Assembly (NCBI GenBank): GCA_041664365.1
Contig: JBAYKW010000007.1
Location: 434 to 64,433 of the forward strand
Length of the DNA: 64,000 bases
Direction of reading: 5' to 3'
DNA from: Patescibacteria group bacterium
Lineage (GTDB): Bacteria > Patescibacteriota > Patescibacteriia > UM-FILTER-42-10
The notes beneath the pieces were generated by a model that ran no database searches, had not been told where the DNA came from, and worked only from the letters and a program-made list of their open reading frames with translations. The translations under genes were made by a program, and so were the position numbers. This document shows positions 28,808 through 37,484 of this stretch, piece by piece (position 1 is the stretch's first letter; every line of letters starts with the position of its first letter).

Positions 28808-30007
28808 TTATTTGTACTCTTCTAATGCAATTTTTAATATTTCCATCGCCCGGGTAAGTTGTTTTACATCTAAAACAAACGCGATGCGTATTTCATTTTT
28901 CCCAGCCCCTTCCGTTTCGTAAAAACCGGCAGCCGGTGCGAACATAACTGTTTCATTCTGATCATTAAATTCTTCCAATAACCAACGGCAAAAATATTCC
29001 GCATTATCGATAGGCAATTTAACAATTAAATACAATGCACCCTGTGGTTTGTAATATTCTACGCCAGGGATTGTGTCCAGAGATTTTATTACGACATCCC
29101 TTCTCTGCTTATATTCTTTCACCATAGGATCGATATATCTATCGGGTTGCTTTAATAGAGGGATAACTGCAAGCTGTTCAATTGTTGGGGAAGAAAGACG
29201 GCCTTGAGCGAATTTTAAAACATTCTCCATGACTTTTTTATTTTTTGATGCGATACAACCGATACGCGCCCCACAAATATTAAAACGTTTTGAAATACTG
29301 TCCACGACAATTATCCGATCGTGAATCTCTGTAAAATCCATCATGCTGATTGCTTCACCTTCAAATACAATTTCTCTGTACACCTCATCAGCAATAATAA
29401 ATATATCATGCTTTTTTGCCAGCTCCGCGACTTTTTTTAATTCCTCACGGGAATAGACCGTACCGGTAGGATTAGAAGGGTTACAGATAATAATCGCTTT
29501 CGTTTTTTCAGTAATCTTTTTTTCTATTTCCTCGTCTGATGGCAGATGAAATCCGTTTGTTAAAAATGTTTGTACCGGTACCGGTTTAACTGAAGCCATC
29601 CGGGCAAACGTAATATAGTTAGCATAAAGCGGTTCAAAGATTATTACTTCATCTCCTGGGTCTGCCACAGTCATTAAGGCAAAAATGATTGCCTCACTCC
29701 CGCCGGTGGTGACAATTATATCCTCGCTGACAAAAGGAATATTGTTTTGCTGATAATAATCGCTCCACGCATTTACAACTTCCGCATAGCCCTCCGACGG
29801 AGCATACGCTACAGTCTTTTCTTGATACTTTCTTACTTCCGTGAAAAATCTTTTTGGGGTCTCCAAATCCGGCTGCCCGATATTTAATTGATAAACTTTT
29901 ACCCCCCGCTTTTTTGCCGCGCCGGCAAAAGAAGAAAGCTTTCGGATTGAAGAAGCGTGCATCCCATCTGCTCGAAAAGAAAGCGGAATAGAGTTATTTG
30001 ATGGCAT
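28808..30007 (-). CDS. Class I/II PLP aminotransferase
   Basis: NIGQPD, NPSNPTG, DEVY, SISK, GARIG. Confidence 0.92.
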   Translation of the reverse strand: MPSNNSIPLSFRADGMHASSIRKLSSFAGAAKKRGVKVYQLNIGQPDLETPKRFFTEVRKYQEKTVAYAPSEGYAEVVNAWSDYYQQNNIPFVSEDIIVTTGGSEAIIFALMTVADPGDEVIIFEPLYANYITFARMASVKPVPVQTFLTNGFHLPSDEEIEKKITEKTKAIIICNPSNPTGTVYSREELKKVAELAKKHDIFIIADEVYREIVFEGEAISMMDFTEIHDRIIVVDSISKRFNICGARIGCIASKNKKVMENVLKFAQGRLSSPTIEQLAVIPLLKQPDRYIDPMVKEYKQRRDVVIKSLDTIPGVEYYKPQGALYLIVKLPIDNAEYFCRWLLEEFNDQNETVMFAPAAGFYETEGAGKNEIRIAFVLDVKQLTRAMEILKIALEEYK

Positions 30008-30019
30008 AGTATTTTAATA

Positions 30020-30979
30020 TTATTTTTTTTCTCCCCAATCTACACCGCCTTGTCTTCCGGTTTTTCTCTGTAAATATTTGTAAGTCTGTAATGCTGCCTT
30101 TGCCCCTTCTCCGGCAGAGATCACAACTTGTTTATAAACAATATCAGTAACATCCCCCGCTGCAAATACACCGGGACAAGATGTCTCACAATTACTATTA
30201 ATTACAATTTGATTGCGGTCATTGCGATCCACTAAATCTTTTACAATATCAGTCTTTGCAATATAACCAACCTCCACAAAAACCCCGTCACAGTTGATTT
30301 TGTCTTCTTCTTCAGTCTGATTGTTTTTTATACTGACCGCTTCAACTTTATTACTCCCATGTATTTCAACTACTTCACTATTCAACAATATTTTAACGTT
30401 TTCTTTCTGCTTTATTTTATCTAAAATAATATTTTCCCCACGGAAAAAATCTTGCCTGTGGATCAGATACACTTCGTTGGCAATTTTTGACAACAGCTCA
30501 GCAGAATCCAAAGCGGAGTTGCCACCGCCGACCACTATTACAGTTTTATTTTTAAACAATGGGCCATCACATGTGGAACAATATGAAACGCCCCTGTTTT
30601 TTAAACCATTTTCACCTGGCACACCCAGATCTCTCGGCGTAAGCCCAAATGCCAAGATTACTGTTTTCCCAATAAATTCTTCTTTTGAAGTTGTTATTCT
30701 GAATTCACTATCTGTCTTTTCAATTTTATTTACTTCCTGATAAATAATTTCTGCACCGCTGTCTTCTGCTTGTTTTTTAAATTGCTCCATTATTTCCAGT
30801 CCGTTCGTTTTGCCCAAACCGGGATAATTCTCCACAATCCCGGCGATTGAAGCCTGCCCACCAAGATCCTTTGTGATTACCAACGTCTTCAGTGTTCTGC
30901 GTGCAGCATAAATAGCCGCGGTCAGTCCGGCAGCCCCAGCACCAATAATAATGCAGTCATATTCTCTTGCAGATGGCAT
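30020..30979 (-). CDS. trxB: Thioredoxin reductase
   Basis: GAGAAG, CSTCDG, GGGNSA, FAAGD. Confidence 0.94.
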   Translation of the reverse strand: MPSAREYDCIIIGAGAAGLTAAIYAARRTLKTLVITKDLGGQASIAGIVENYPGLGKTNGLEIMEQFKKQAEDSGAEIIYQEVNKIEKTDSEFRITTSKEEFIGKTVILAFGLTPRDLGVPGENGLKNRGVSYCSTCDGPLFKNKTVIVVGGGNSALDSAELLSKIANEVYLIHRQDFFRGENIILDKIKQKENVKILLNSEVVEIHGSNKVEAVSIKNNQTEEEDKINCDGVFVEVGYIAKTDIVKDLVDRNDRNQIVINSNCETSCPGVFAAGDVTDIVYKQVVISAGEGAKAALQTYKYLQRKTGRQGGVDWGEKK

Positions 30980-30996
30980 TAAATTTGATTTAAAAA

Positions 30997-31320
30997 TTAT
31001 AGGTTTTCGTCGATGACTTTCTGCAGATCTTCTTTTGACTGTGCTCCGATCGATTGCTTAACAACTTCCCCATCCTTAAAAAATAAAAAGGTCGGGATAC
31101 TCATGACGTTATATTTCTGCGTTGTGGCCTGATTTTCATCAATATTCATTTTTGCAATTTTTACTGCCTTACCTTCATTGTCCTTCATTAATTCTTCCAT
31201 TACCGGTAACATGATTTTGCATGGTGTACACCATTCCGCCCAGATATCAACCAAAACTAGCTGGTCGTGCTTTAACACTTCCTGCTCAAAATTATTATCA
31301 TTTATTTCAACGCCTGCCAT
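30997..31320 (-). CDS. trxA: Thioredoxin
   Basis: WAEWCTPC, SIPT. Confidence 0.93.
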   Translation of the reverse strand: MAGVEINDNNFEQEVLKHDQLVLVDIWAEWCTPCKIMLPVMEELMKDNEGKAVKIAKMNIDENQATTQKYNVMSIPTFLFFKDGEVVKQSIGAQSKEDLQKVIDENL

Positions 31321-31342
31321 TGTATAATTCCTTTCCTATTAA

Positions 31343-31609
31343 TTAAGTTAATTTAAATAAATTAGTTGTAATCTTTTCCAAATCCTCTGATTTCTTTTTA
31401 ATACTTCCCTCCCCAGTTAGACACTCTCTTGATTCATTGCGCAACACACTTACGCCCAACGAATCCAGTGACGCTCTCGCGGCCATTAACTGTGTAATTA
31501 TTTCACCACAGTTACGCTTATCCTGTAACATTCTCTCAATGCCTTTTAGTTGGCCTATAATTCGCCGTAGATGTGCCTGATTCTTTGGTATTTTATCAGT
31601 ATTTGCCAT
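31343..31609 (-). CDS. CsoR/RcnR/CstR-family repressor
   Basis: LRRIIGQLKGIERM...C.EI..Q..A.R..L...C. Confidence 0.88.
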   Translation of the reverse strand: MANTDKIPKNQAHLRRIIGQLKGIERMLQDKRNCGEIITQLMAARASLDSLGVSVLRNESRECLTGEGSIKKKSEDLEKITTNLFKLT

Positions 31610-31621
31610 GATTGTGTAATT

Positions 31622-31648
31622 ATAATATACCCCCCTAGGGTATATTAT
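31622..31648. promoter_or_regulatory. CsoR-family operator
   Basis: Inverted repeat ATAATATACCC-cccta-GGGTATATTAT immediately upstream of the repressor. Confidence 0.85.
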
Positions 31649-31778
31649 ATTAATTCCAAAAAATTGTCAATAGACATAACTCATTTCAATTATATCCTCA
31701 ATATGACTTGGGTCTTAAATAAAAAATGCCCCAGCCAATGATGGTGGGGCGGGCGAGAAATGTACAGCGAATGAAGAG

Positions 31779-31988
31779 TTACCTGTTTTTGGTTTTGGTC
31801 CCTCGTTTGCGCGAGCCCTGAGGGATTTCGCTGGCGATCTCGATAGCGATCTCCTCGCGGTGAACAGGGATGCTCCTGGGAGCGTCGATCCCGATCTGAA
31901 CCTGGTCGCCCCTGATGTCGACGACCATGATCGAGATATCGTCCCCGATCATGATTTTTTCGTTGCGCTTGCGGCTGAGGATCAGCAT
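31779..31988 (-). CDS. csrA: Carbon storage regulator CsrA (GC-rich cassette K)
   Basis: MLILSRK.NE.IMIGDDI...GDQV.IGIDAP.S.PVHREEI; AAGGAGG SD; promoter TTGATT(32074)-17-TATTGT; terminator at about 31721-31751. Confidence 0.93.
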   Translation of the reverse strand: MLILSRKRNEKIMIGDDISIMVVDIRGDQVQIGIDAPRSIPVHREEIAIEIASEIPQGSRKRGTKTKNR

Positions 31989-32094
31989 GGGTCTTCCTCC
32001 TTGAATGGGCCGTTTTGCTCCCTGAGAATCCATGGAAGCCGGATTACAATAACAAATAATGAAATATTAATCAAGCCCCTACCTATTTATCTGA

Positions 32095-32110
32095 TGTTCC
32101 ACGTAGAACA
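32095..32110. promoter_or_regulatory. parS-like site
   Basis: TGTTCCACGTAGAACA, near origin. Confidence 0.7.
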
Positions 32111-32501
32111 AAATCAAAAACCGCCCTATTCATATGGGGACGGATTTATCATTTGCCGTATAATTTTGTTTATTTAGTTCGACTCACACATTGATAAGGA
32201 TGAATTTGGTATTTTGATAATATGAATCACAACCTGCACACCATCTGCACTCGAGACATTCGGTTATTAATAGTTGAGTGGCCGAAACCCTAACAAAGTG
32301 AGAGATACCCTCCAGACATAATCGGGACACTCGACTCATTGTTGGATAAGATAATCCTTGTCGTTAGTAATGAGTGGTCGAAGACCACGTTAAGCCTCTC
32401 GACTTCGCTCGAGGCACTCGATTCTTCTTTTGATATTGTCGAAGGCGTTAGTAGCGCCATAGACCACGAGTGAGTCCCGAACTTGTGAGGGACGAATCGA
32501 G

Positions 32502-32577
32502 TGGTGGAGATGAGGGGACTCGAACCCCTAACCCCTTCCATGCCATGGAAGTGCTCTACCAATTGAGCCACATCCCC
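32502..32577 (-). tRNA. tRNA-Ala(GGC)
   Basis: GGGGATGTGGCTCAATTGGTAGAGC...ATGGCAT loop...GTTCGAGTCCCCTCATCTCCACCA; G3:U70. Confidence 0.96.
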
Positions 32578-32869
32578 ATTTATATTTAATTCAACAATTT
32601 ATTACATAACTGAATTTGAAGTAATCAAATTATATTATGGTTGAGGCAATATGTCTAGAGAATTAATAAAGTAATTAAATATTTTGTAATGCTGTTGATT
32701 AACTGTTTATATTATGTAAACAAAGTAAGATATTATATTTGCTCATAGCATGACAAAAGCAAAGACTATAATTAATTTGTATTAACCATTTTAATATTTT
32801 CGATGGTTATAAAACAATATTTATCTCTCTTAATCAATATATGATAATGGACTCAATTAAAAAACAAAA

Positions 32870-32885
32870 TGTTCCACGTGGAACA
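32870..32885. promoter_or_regulatory. parS site
   Basis: Perfect palindrome TGTTCCACGTGGAACA. Confidence 0.88.
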
Positions 32886-32946
32886 TTTATCCTAATATAG
32901 TAACAATGGGGGATTGTCTTAAATATTCATACGTTTGACCCGTGTC

Positions 32947-33020
32947 TGGTGGAGATACTGGGAATCGAACCCAGGCCTCAGCAATGCGAATGCTGCGTAA
33001 TACCACTTTACTATATCCCC
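32947..33020 (-). tRNA. tRNA-Ala(CGC)
   Basis: GGGGATATAGTAAAGTGGT...TTCGCAT loop...GTTCGATTCCCAGTATCTCCACCA. Confidence 0.94.
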
Positions 33021-33076
33021 AGCAAACATGGATCAGTAAATCAAGAATTAATACTCAATTTACAAATAATACATGG

Positions 33077-33151
33077 TGGTGCCCCCGGCAGGAATCGAAC
33101 CTACATCTAAAGCTTAGGAGTCTCTCGTTCTATCCATTGAACTACGGGGGC
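33077..33151 (-). tRNA. tRNA-Arg(CCT)
   Basis: GCCCCCGTAGTTCAATGGATAGAAC...CTCCTAA loop...GTTCGATTCCTGCCGGGGGCACCA. Confidence 0.94.
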
Positions 33152-33184
33152 AAAAATATAAATACTTTATTCACTATCAAGAGG

Positions 33185-33235
33185 TGTCCATTGTCAGCCC
33201 AAGGCTGATCCGCCTCGGGCGGAAACTACGAGGGC
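33185..33235 (-). pseudogene. tRNA-Arg 5' fragment interrupted by a 30-nt double hairpin
   Basis: GCCCTCGTAGTT-[TCCGCCCGAGGCGGA TCAGCCTTGGGCTGA]-CAATGGACA versus GCCCCCGTAGTTCAATGGATA in the intact gene. Confidence 0.65.
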
Positions 33236-33830
33236 AGAACACTAAATATATAAATGAGATAACACAGTTACATACACATATCCTTTTATAACCGCAAAAC
33301 TCACTTTACCAATAAAGCCTGCTTTTTGCTACCACAAAACCTATATTTGGCTAATTTTAGTGCAATTTTAGATTATATTACTGAAATTGAAAATCATGCT
33401 TGCTTATGCGTCGCACAACTATTTTATAACTATTTCAGCTATTTTTTTACTGAGATCATTTATAATTTCAGTATTGGTATCCAAAACAACTAAACCTGCA
33501 AGAATTGCAGAAAATAGTAAAACTACCGCAAACAATATTTTCAAATCTGTTCTAAGAAATGATTTACTTTCTTCCATATAGTGTATATTCTAATGAAAAA
33601 TAAGTAATTACACAAGTAGTATTGACATTATACTAATAGTATGTTATATTCTGACATTTATCCACAGTTGCTTGATTTTTAATCATTTAAATAGTTTGAT
33701 CCCGGCAGCACCTGTAATTAGCAATTTTGAGATATTAGACTTTTCTATTAAGCATATAATTGTTTGCAGTTGCTTTAGCGAATTAAGATACAAAAAAACC
33801 TCCCTTACTAGAGGGAGGTTTAAATATATT

Positions 33831-34133
33831 TTATAATGAGATTGGGGGAGCAGATTTATTTTTCCCCAGTTCCTTTGTGTTGAATAATTTTTCTTTGTCT
33901 TTACTAATTGAATCGTCCACAGTCATTCTATTTTGATCAATTGAAATTACCTGCGTTCTATTTACAATAAGGTCTTTGGAAAAAAACTCTTCAATTAAGT
34001 TACTGCCTCTTACGATATATTGATCCACTCCGTGCGTTTCAATATTAATTATCAGCTCAGAAATTTTTCCTAACTCTTCGCCTGATTCCGTAAAAACAGG
34101 GAGATGAAGAAGTTTTTTCGAAGAAATTTTCAT
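33831..34133 (-). CDS. PRC-barrel domain protein
   Basis: LLHLPVFTESGEELGKISELII pattern. Confidence 0.75.
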   Translation of the reverse strand: MKISSKKLLHLPVFTESGEELGKISELIINIETHGVDQYIVRGSNLIEEFFSKDLIVNRTQVISIDQNRMTVDDSISKDKEKLFNTKELGKNKSAPPISL

Positions 34134-34135
34134 GA

Positions 34136-34921
34136 TTATTTTTGATCAATAACTTGAGGAATTACTTTTTTTGTATTTTTATCCCTAAAAAGCAAATACT
34201 GCTGCCCCACTTGAAACAGTGTGGACGTTGCCCAATATAAAGTCAAACCGGCGGGGAACTGGATGCCGAATATCACGGTTATTACCGGCATAAAATACAT
34301 CATTTGTCTGTTAATCGCGGCTGACTTACCCTCATCTTTACTTCCTTTTGTATCTATTTCCGGTTTCTTTCTCATCATCATCTTGCCTTGTAAAAACTGC
34401 AAACCGCCGGCGAGGAAAGCAAGTATATAATTTCCTTTTTCTGCTAAATCAACAAAACCTAAAAACATCAAATTCACCGGCGTTGTCGTGTAGGTATCTT
34501 TTAAATACCCATATAAATGTTTCACTTGATCTGCGACCAGCACCCCTGTTTCTGAGTCCGTTGTGAGACCACCAAAGAATACCCGGTATAAAGCAATCAG
34601 AATTGGCAGTTGGATCAGAAGGGGGAGACAGGAAGAAAAGGGGTTAACCTTATTTTGCTTATAAAAACTCATCAATTGTTTACCCATTTCCTCTCGATTA
34701 TCCTTATATTTGGCCTTAATTGCGTCTAATTTGGGCTGTGTCTCCTGTAGCGTCTTTTGCGATCTAATAGATGAACGAGAAGGAAGATATAGGACCAGTT
34801 TGATCAATAAAGTGAGGACAATTATTGCGATTCCTAAGTCCTTCCAGGGTAAAACATCATAAATATAAATCAGTCCGTTAAATAGCGGCTCGTAGAGTAC
34901 AGTGTTAAAAAATTCTGCCAT
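34136..34921 (-). CDS. yidC: Membrane protein insertase YidC
   Basis: AIIVLTLLIK, NPFSSCLPLLIQLPI, PAGLTLYW; synteny. Confidence 0.95.
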   Translation of the reverse strand: MAEFFNTVLYEPLFNGLIYIYDVLPWKDLGIAIIVLTLLIKLVLYLPSRSSIRSQKTLQETQPKLDAIKAKYKDNREEMGKQLMSFYKQNKVNPFSSCLPLLIQLPILIALYRVFFGGLTTDSETGVLVADQVKHLYGYLKDTYTTTPVNLMFLGFVDLAEKGNYILAFLAGGLQFLQGKMMMRKKPEIDTKGSKDEGKSAAINRQMMYFMPVITVIFGIQFPAGLTLYWATSTLFQVGQQYLLFRDKNTKKVIPQVIDQK

Positions 34922-34933
34922 TGTTTAGTATTT

Positions 34934-35212
34934 TTATTTAGTTAAATCTAACGGGTCATACCCGCCTTGGCTATAAGGATTACATTTTACAATCCTTGCC
35001 GCCGACTTAATACCGCCTTTTATCACCCCGTATTTTTCAACCGCCTGATACGAATATTCGGAACAGCTGGGAAAATGCTTGCAATAACCATGAGGATATT
35101 TATAAGAAAAAAATCCATGGTCGGGCGACAAGGTTTTTTGGTAGCTTTTAACCAAGAATAATACCGCCTTTCGCGGCATTAGCACCCATTTATTAATCTT
35201 TTTTTTCGGCAT
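34934..35212 (-). CDS. yidD: Membrane protein insertion efficiency factor YidD
   Basis: YQKTLSP, CKHFPSCSEY, RIVKCNP, GGYDP. Confidence 0.94.
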   Translation of the reverse strand: MPKKKINKWVLMPRKAVLFLVKSYQKTLSPDHGFFSYKYPHGYCKHFPSCSEYSYQAVEKYGVIKGGIKSAARIVKCNPYSQGGYDPLDLTK

Positions 35213-35549
35213 ATAAGCGTGATTTTCTGAACAGTTTTTCTATATCTGCTTCAATTTCTTTAAATGACTTATTTTTTACCCCCGGTCTTGCGGAAATTAT
35301 AAAATCGTATCCGGAAAAGATATTGGGGAGTTGTTTCTTAATTATCGCCCTCATTCTTCTTTTCAGTAAATTACGATCAACACTATTTTTATAAATTTTT
35401 TTTGAAATTACAAACCCAAACCGGCTGTTAACTTTTTCTTTTTTCTGAAGATATCTTAAGGAAAGAGAGGGGAGAAAAATGGATTTCCTTTTTTCATAAA
35501 TTTTTTTATAGTCTCCCTCGTTCGTAAGTCGGTATTGCTTAGGAAGCAT
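35193..35549 (-). CDS. rnpA: RNase P protein component
   Basis: RFGFVISKK, RNLLKRRMR. Confidence 0.94.
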   Translation of the reverse strand: MLPKQYRLTNEGDYKKIYEKRKSIFLPSLSLRYLQKKEKVNSRFGFVISKKIYKNSVDRNLLKRRMRAIIKKQLPNIFSGYDFIISARPGVKNKSFKEIEADIEKLFRKSRLYAEKKD

Positions 35550-35560
35550 AAATAAAAAAA

Positions 35561-35698
35561 TTAGACAGATAATTTAGCTCTTTTTTTTGTTCTTCTTCTT
35601 TTAATAACTTTTTTTCCGGTTGGCGAACTCATTCTTTCCCGGAAACCGTGCGTTTTTTGTCTCTTTCTTTTTTTTGGCTGGTATGTTCTTTTGGGCAT
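35561..35698 (-). CDS. rpmH: 50S ribosomal protein L34
   Basis: Manual translation [45 protein letters not shown] (below the ORF-track cutoff). Confidence 0.96.
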   Translation of the reverse strand: MPKRTYQPKKRKRQKTHGFRERMSSPTGKKVIKRRRTKKRAKLSV

Positions 35699-35782
35699 CT
35701 TTTTTTTATAATTTTTCTATTACTCATTTATAAGTACATGTAGTCTAACAGACGATTGCTCGACGGTCAACGCCAAAATAGT

Positions 35783-35813
35783 TTATCCTCATTCTTTCCA
35801 CAGATTATAAACA
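35783..35813. promoter_or_regulatory. DnaA-box cluster upstream of dnaA
   Basis: TTATCCTCA, CTTTCCACA, TTATAAACA in tandem; a perfect TTATCCACA also lies at 33658-33666. Confidence 0.7.
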
Positions 35814-35901
35814 AGTCAAACCATTTTTGACGATATCTGTCTTTCATGTTTTATGCTATAGTCAGTGATAGTCTATATTTAGCAATAAACTATATATTAT
35901 C

Positions 35902-37266
35902 ATGACGAAGGAGCAGCTTTGGCAAGCAGTTTTGGGGGAGTTAGAATTATCGCTGAGCAAAGCAAATTTTACCACTTGGTTTAATAATACCTTTGTTTCC
36001 GAATTCGATGATGAAAAGATTATAATAGCGGTTCCAAACACTTTCACCAAAACTTGGTTTGAAAATAAATATCATCAAACCATCACCCAAGCTCTCCAAA
36101 ATGTCACTGAAAACAAAATTAGAGAAGTAACTTATAAAGTGGAGTTTTCAAAGAACCCAAACAATTCCACTTTAAAACCTCAGATATCTGAAGCAGAAAA
36201 AAAGGTGGATTCTTTAAAGAAGAAAAGTGCGCAGGAAAATGATAACGGACTTAATCCTTCTTATACATTTGAAAATTTTGTTGTCGGCAAAGGAAATGAC
36301 CTAGCTAAGGCAGCCTGTATAGCAACCGCGGAAAAACCAGGGATTATTTATAATCCTCTTTTTATTTATGGCGGAGTGGGGTTAGGAAAAACCCATTTAC
36401 TACAGGCGGTCGGTCATAGAACAATGGAAATATATAAAAACAAGAAGGTTGTTTATGTTACTTGTGAAAGTTTTACTAATGATTTCATTCAGTCGGTAAG
36501 TAATGGAAAAACAGAAAAATTTAAAGACTATTATCGCTCTGTAGATGTTTTGTTAATTGATGATATACAATTTTTGGCAACAAAAGAGCGCACACAGGAA
36601 GAATTTTTCCACACCTTTAATACACTCCACCAAGCTCGGAAACAAATTGTTATCAGTTCCGACCGACCGCCAAAGGCAATCCCGGCATTAGAAAAAAGGC
36701 TTATTTCTCGTTTTGAATGGGGGATGATCGCGGATATTTCCAGTCCTGATTTAGAAACAAGGGCGGCTATTTTAGAAACAAAATGCAGAGAAAAGGGTTA
36801 TCAACTAAGCAACGAAATTCTCTCTTCTATTGCCGCTTCAGTACAAAACAATGTTAGAGAGCTTGAGGGTGCTTTAAACCGCATTATTGCCCATCACCAG
36901 CTCAATAACAGTACGCCAACGCTTGAATCAACGAAAGAAGTGTTATCTGCCCTTGCCAGCACACCAAGAAAAGGCGCATTAACTCCAAAACAGGTTATCG
37001 CAACTGTGGCCGAGTTCTATGAAATTAATATAAAAGATTTGATTGGTGAAAGCAGAAAAAAGGAATTGGTCGTGCCGAGACAGATTTCCATGTTTTTAAT
37101 GAGGGAGGAAATAAAAACTTCTTACCCGAGTATTGGACAGGAGGTTGGTGGTAGAGATCATACAACCGCAATGCATGCATATATGAAAATAACAAAAGAA
37201 GTGGAAGAAAATGAAAAAATAAAGCAGGAAATTGATTTAATCCTTCAGCGTCTTTATAATAATTAA
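35902..37266 (+). CDS. dnaA: Chromosomal replication initiator DnaA
   Basis: YNPLFIYGGVGLGKTHL, DDIQF, NVRELEGAL, GGRDHTT. Confidence 0.98.
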   Translation: MTKEQLWQAVLGELELSLSKANFTTWFNNTFVSEFDDEKIIIAVPNTFTKTWFENKYHQTITQALQNVTENKIREVTYKVEFSKNPNNSTLKPQISEAEKKVDSLKKKSAQENDNGLNPSYTFENFVVGKGNDLAKAACIATAEKPGIIYNPLFIYGGVGLGKTHLLQAVGHRTMEIYKNKKVVYVTCESFTNDFIQSVSNGKTEKFKDYYRSVDVLLIDDIQFLATKERTQEEFFHTFNTLHQARKQIVISSDRPPKAIPALEKRLISRFEWGMIADISSPDLETRAAILETKCREKGYQLSNEILSSIAASVQNNVRELEGALNRIIAHHQLNNSTPTLESTKEVLSALASTPRKGALTPKQVIATVAEFYEINIKDLIGESRKKELVVPRQISMFLMREEIKTSYPSIGQEVGGRDHTTAMHAYMKITKEVEENEKIKQEIDLILQRLYNN

Positions 37267-37484
37267 CAATTAACTTTTTTGTGTAAAAATCTGTTGATAA
37301 AGGGTGTAGATAATTTGTAGAAAAACAGAAAGAATAATTCTCTTGAACTTTATACACAAAACAACCAACCACTTATCCAAAATAAAATGTTAATAAACAT
37401 TCCAAAAAATAAAAGGGAAAACAAAGAATTAAAATCTTTATCCACTTATTAACATTATTACTACTATAATTAATATAATATACT
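37267..37484. other. Probable oriC (dnaA-dnaN intergenic)
   Basis: Several DnaA-box variants (TGTTGATAA, TGTAGATAA, TTATACACA, TTATCCAAA, TTATCCACT) followed by an AT-rich trinucleotide-repeat tract. Confidence 0.82.

Noticed and set aside
32290-33208. ORFs 32290-32571 and 32942-33208
   Set aside because: They overlap tRNA genes and are spurious
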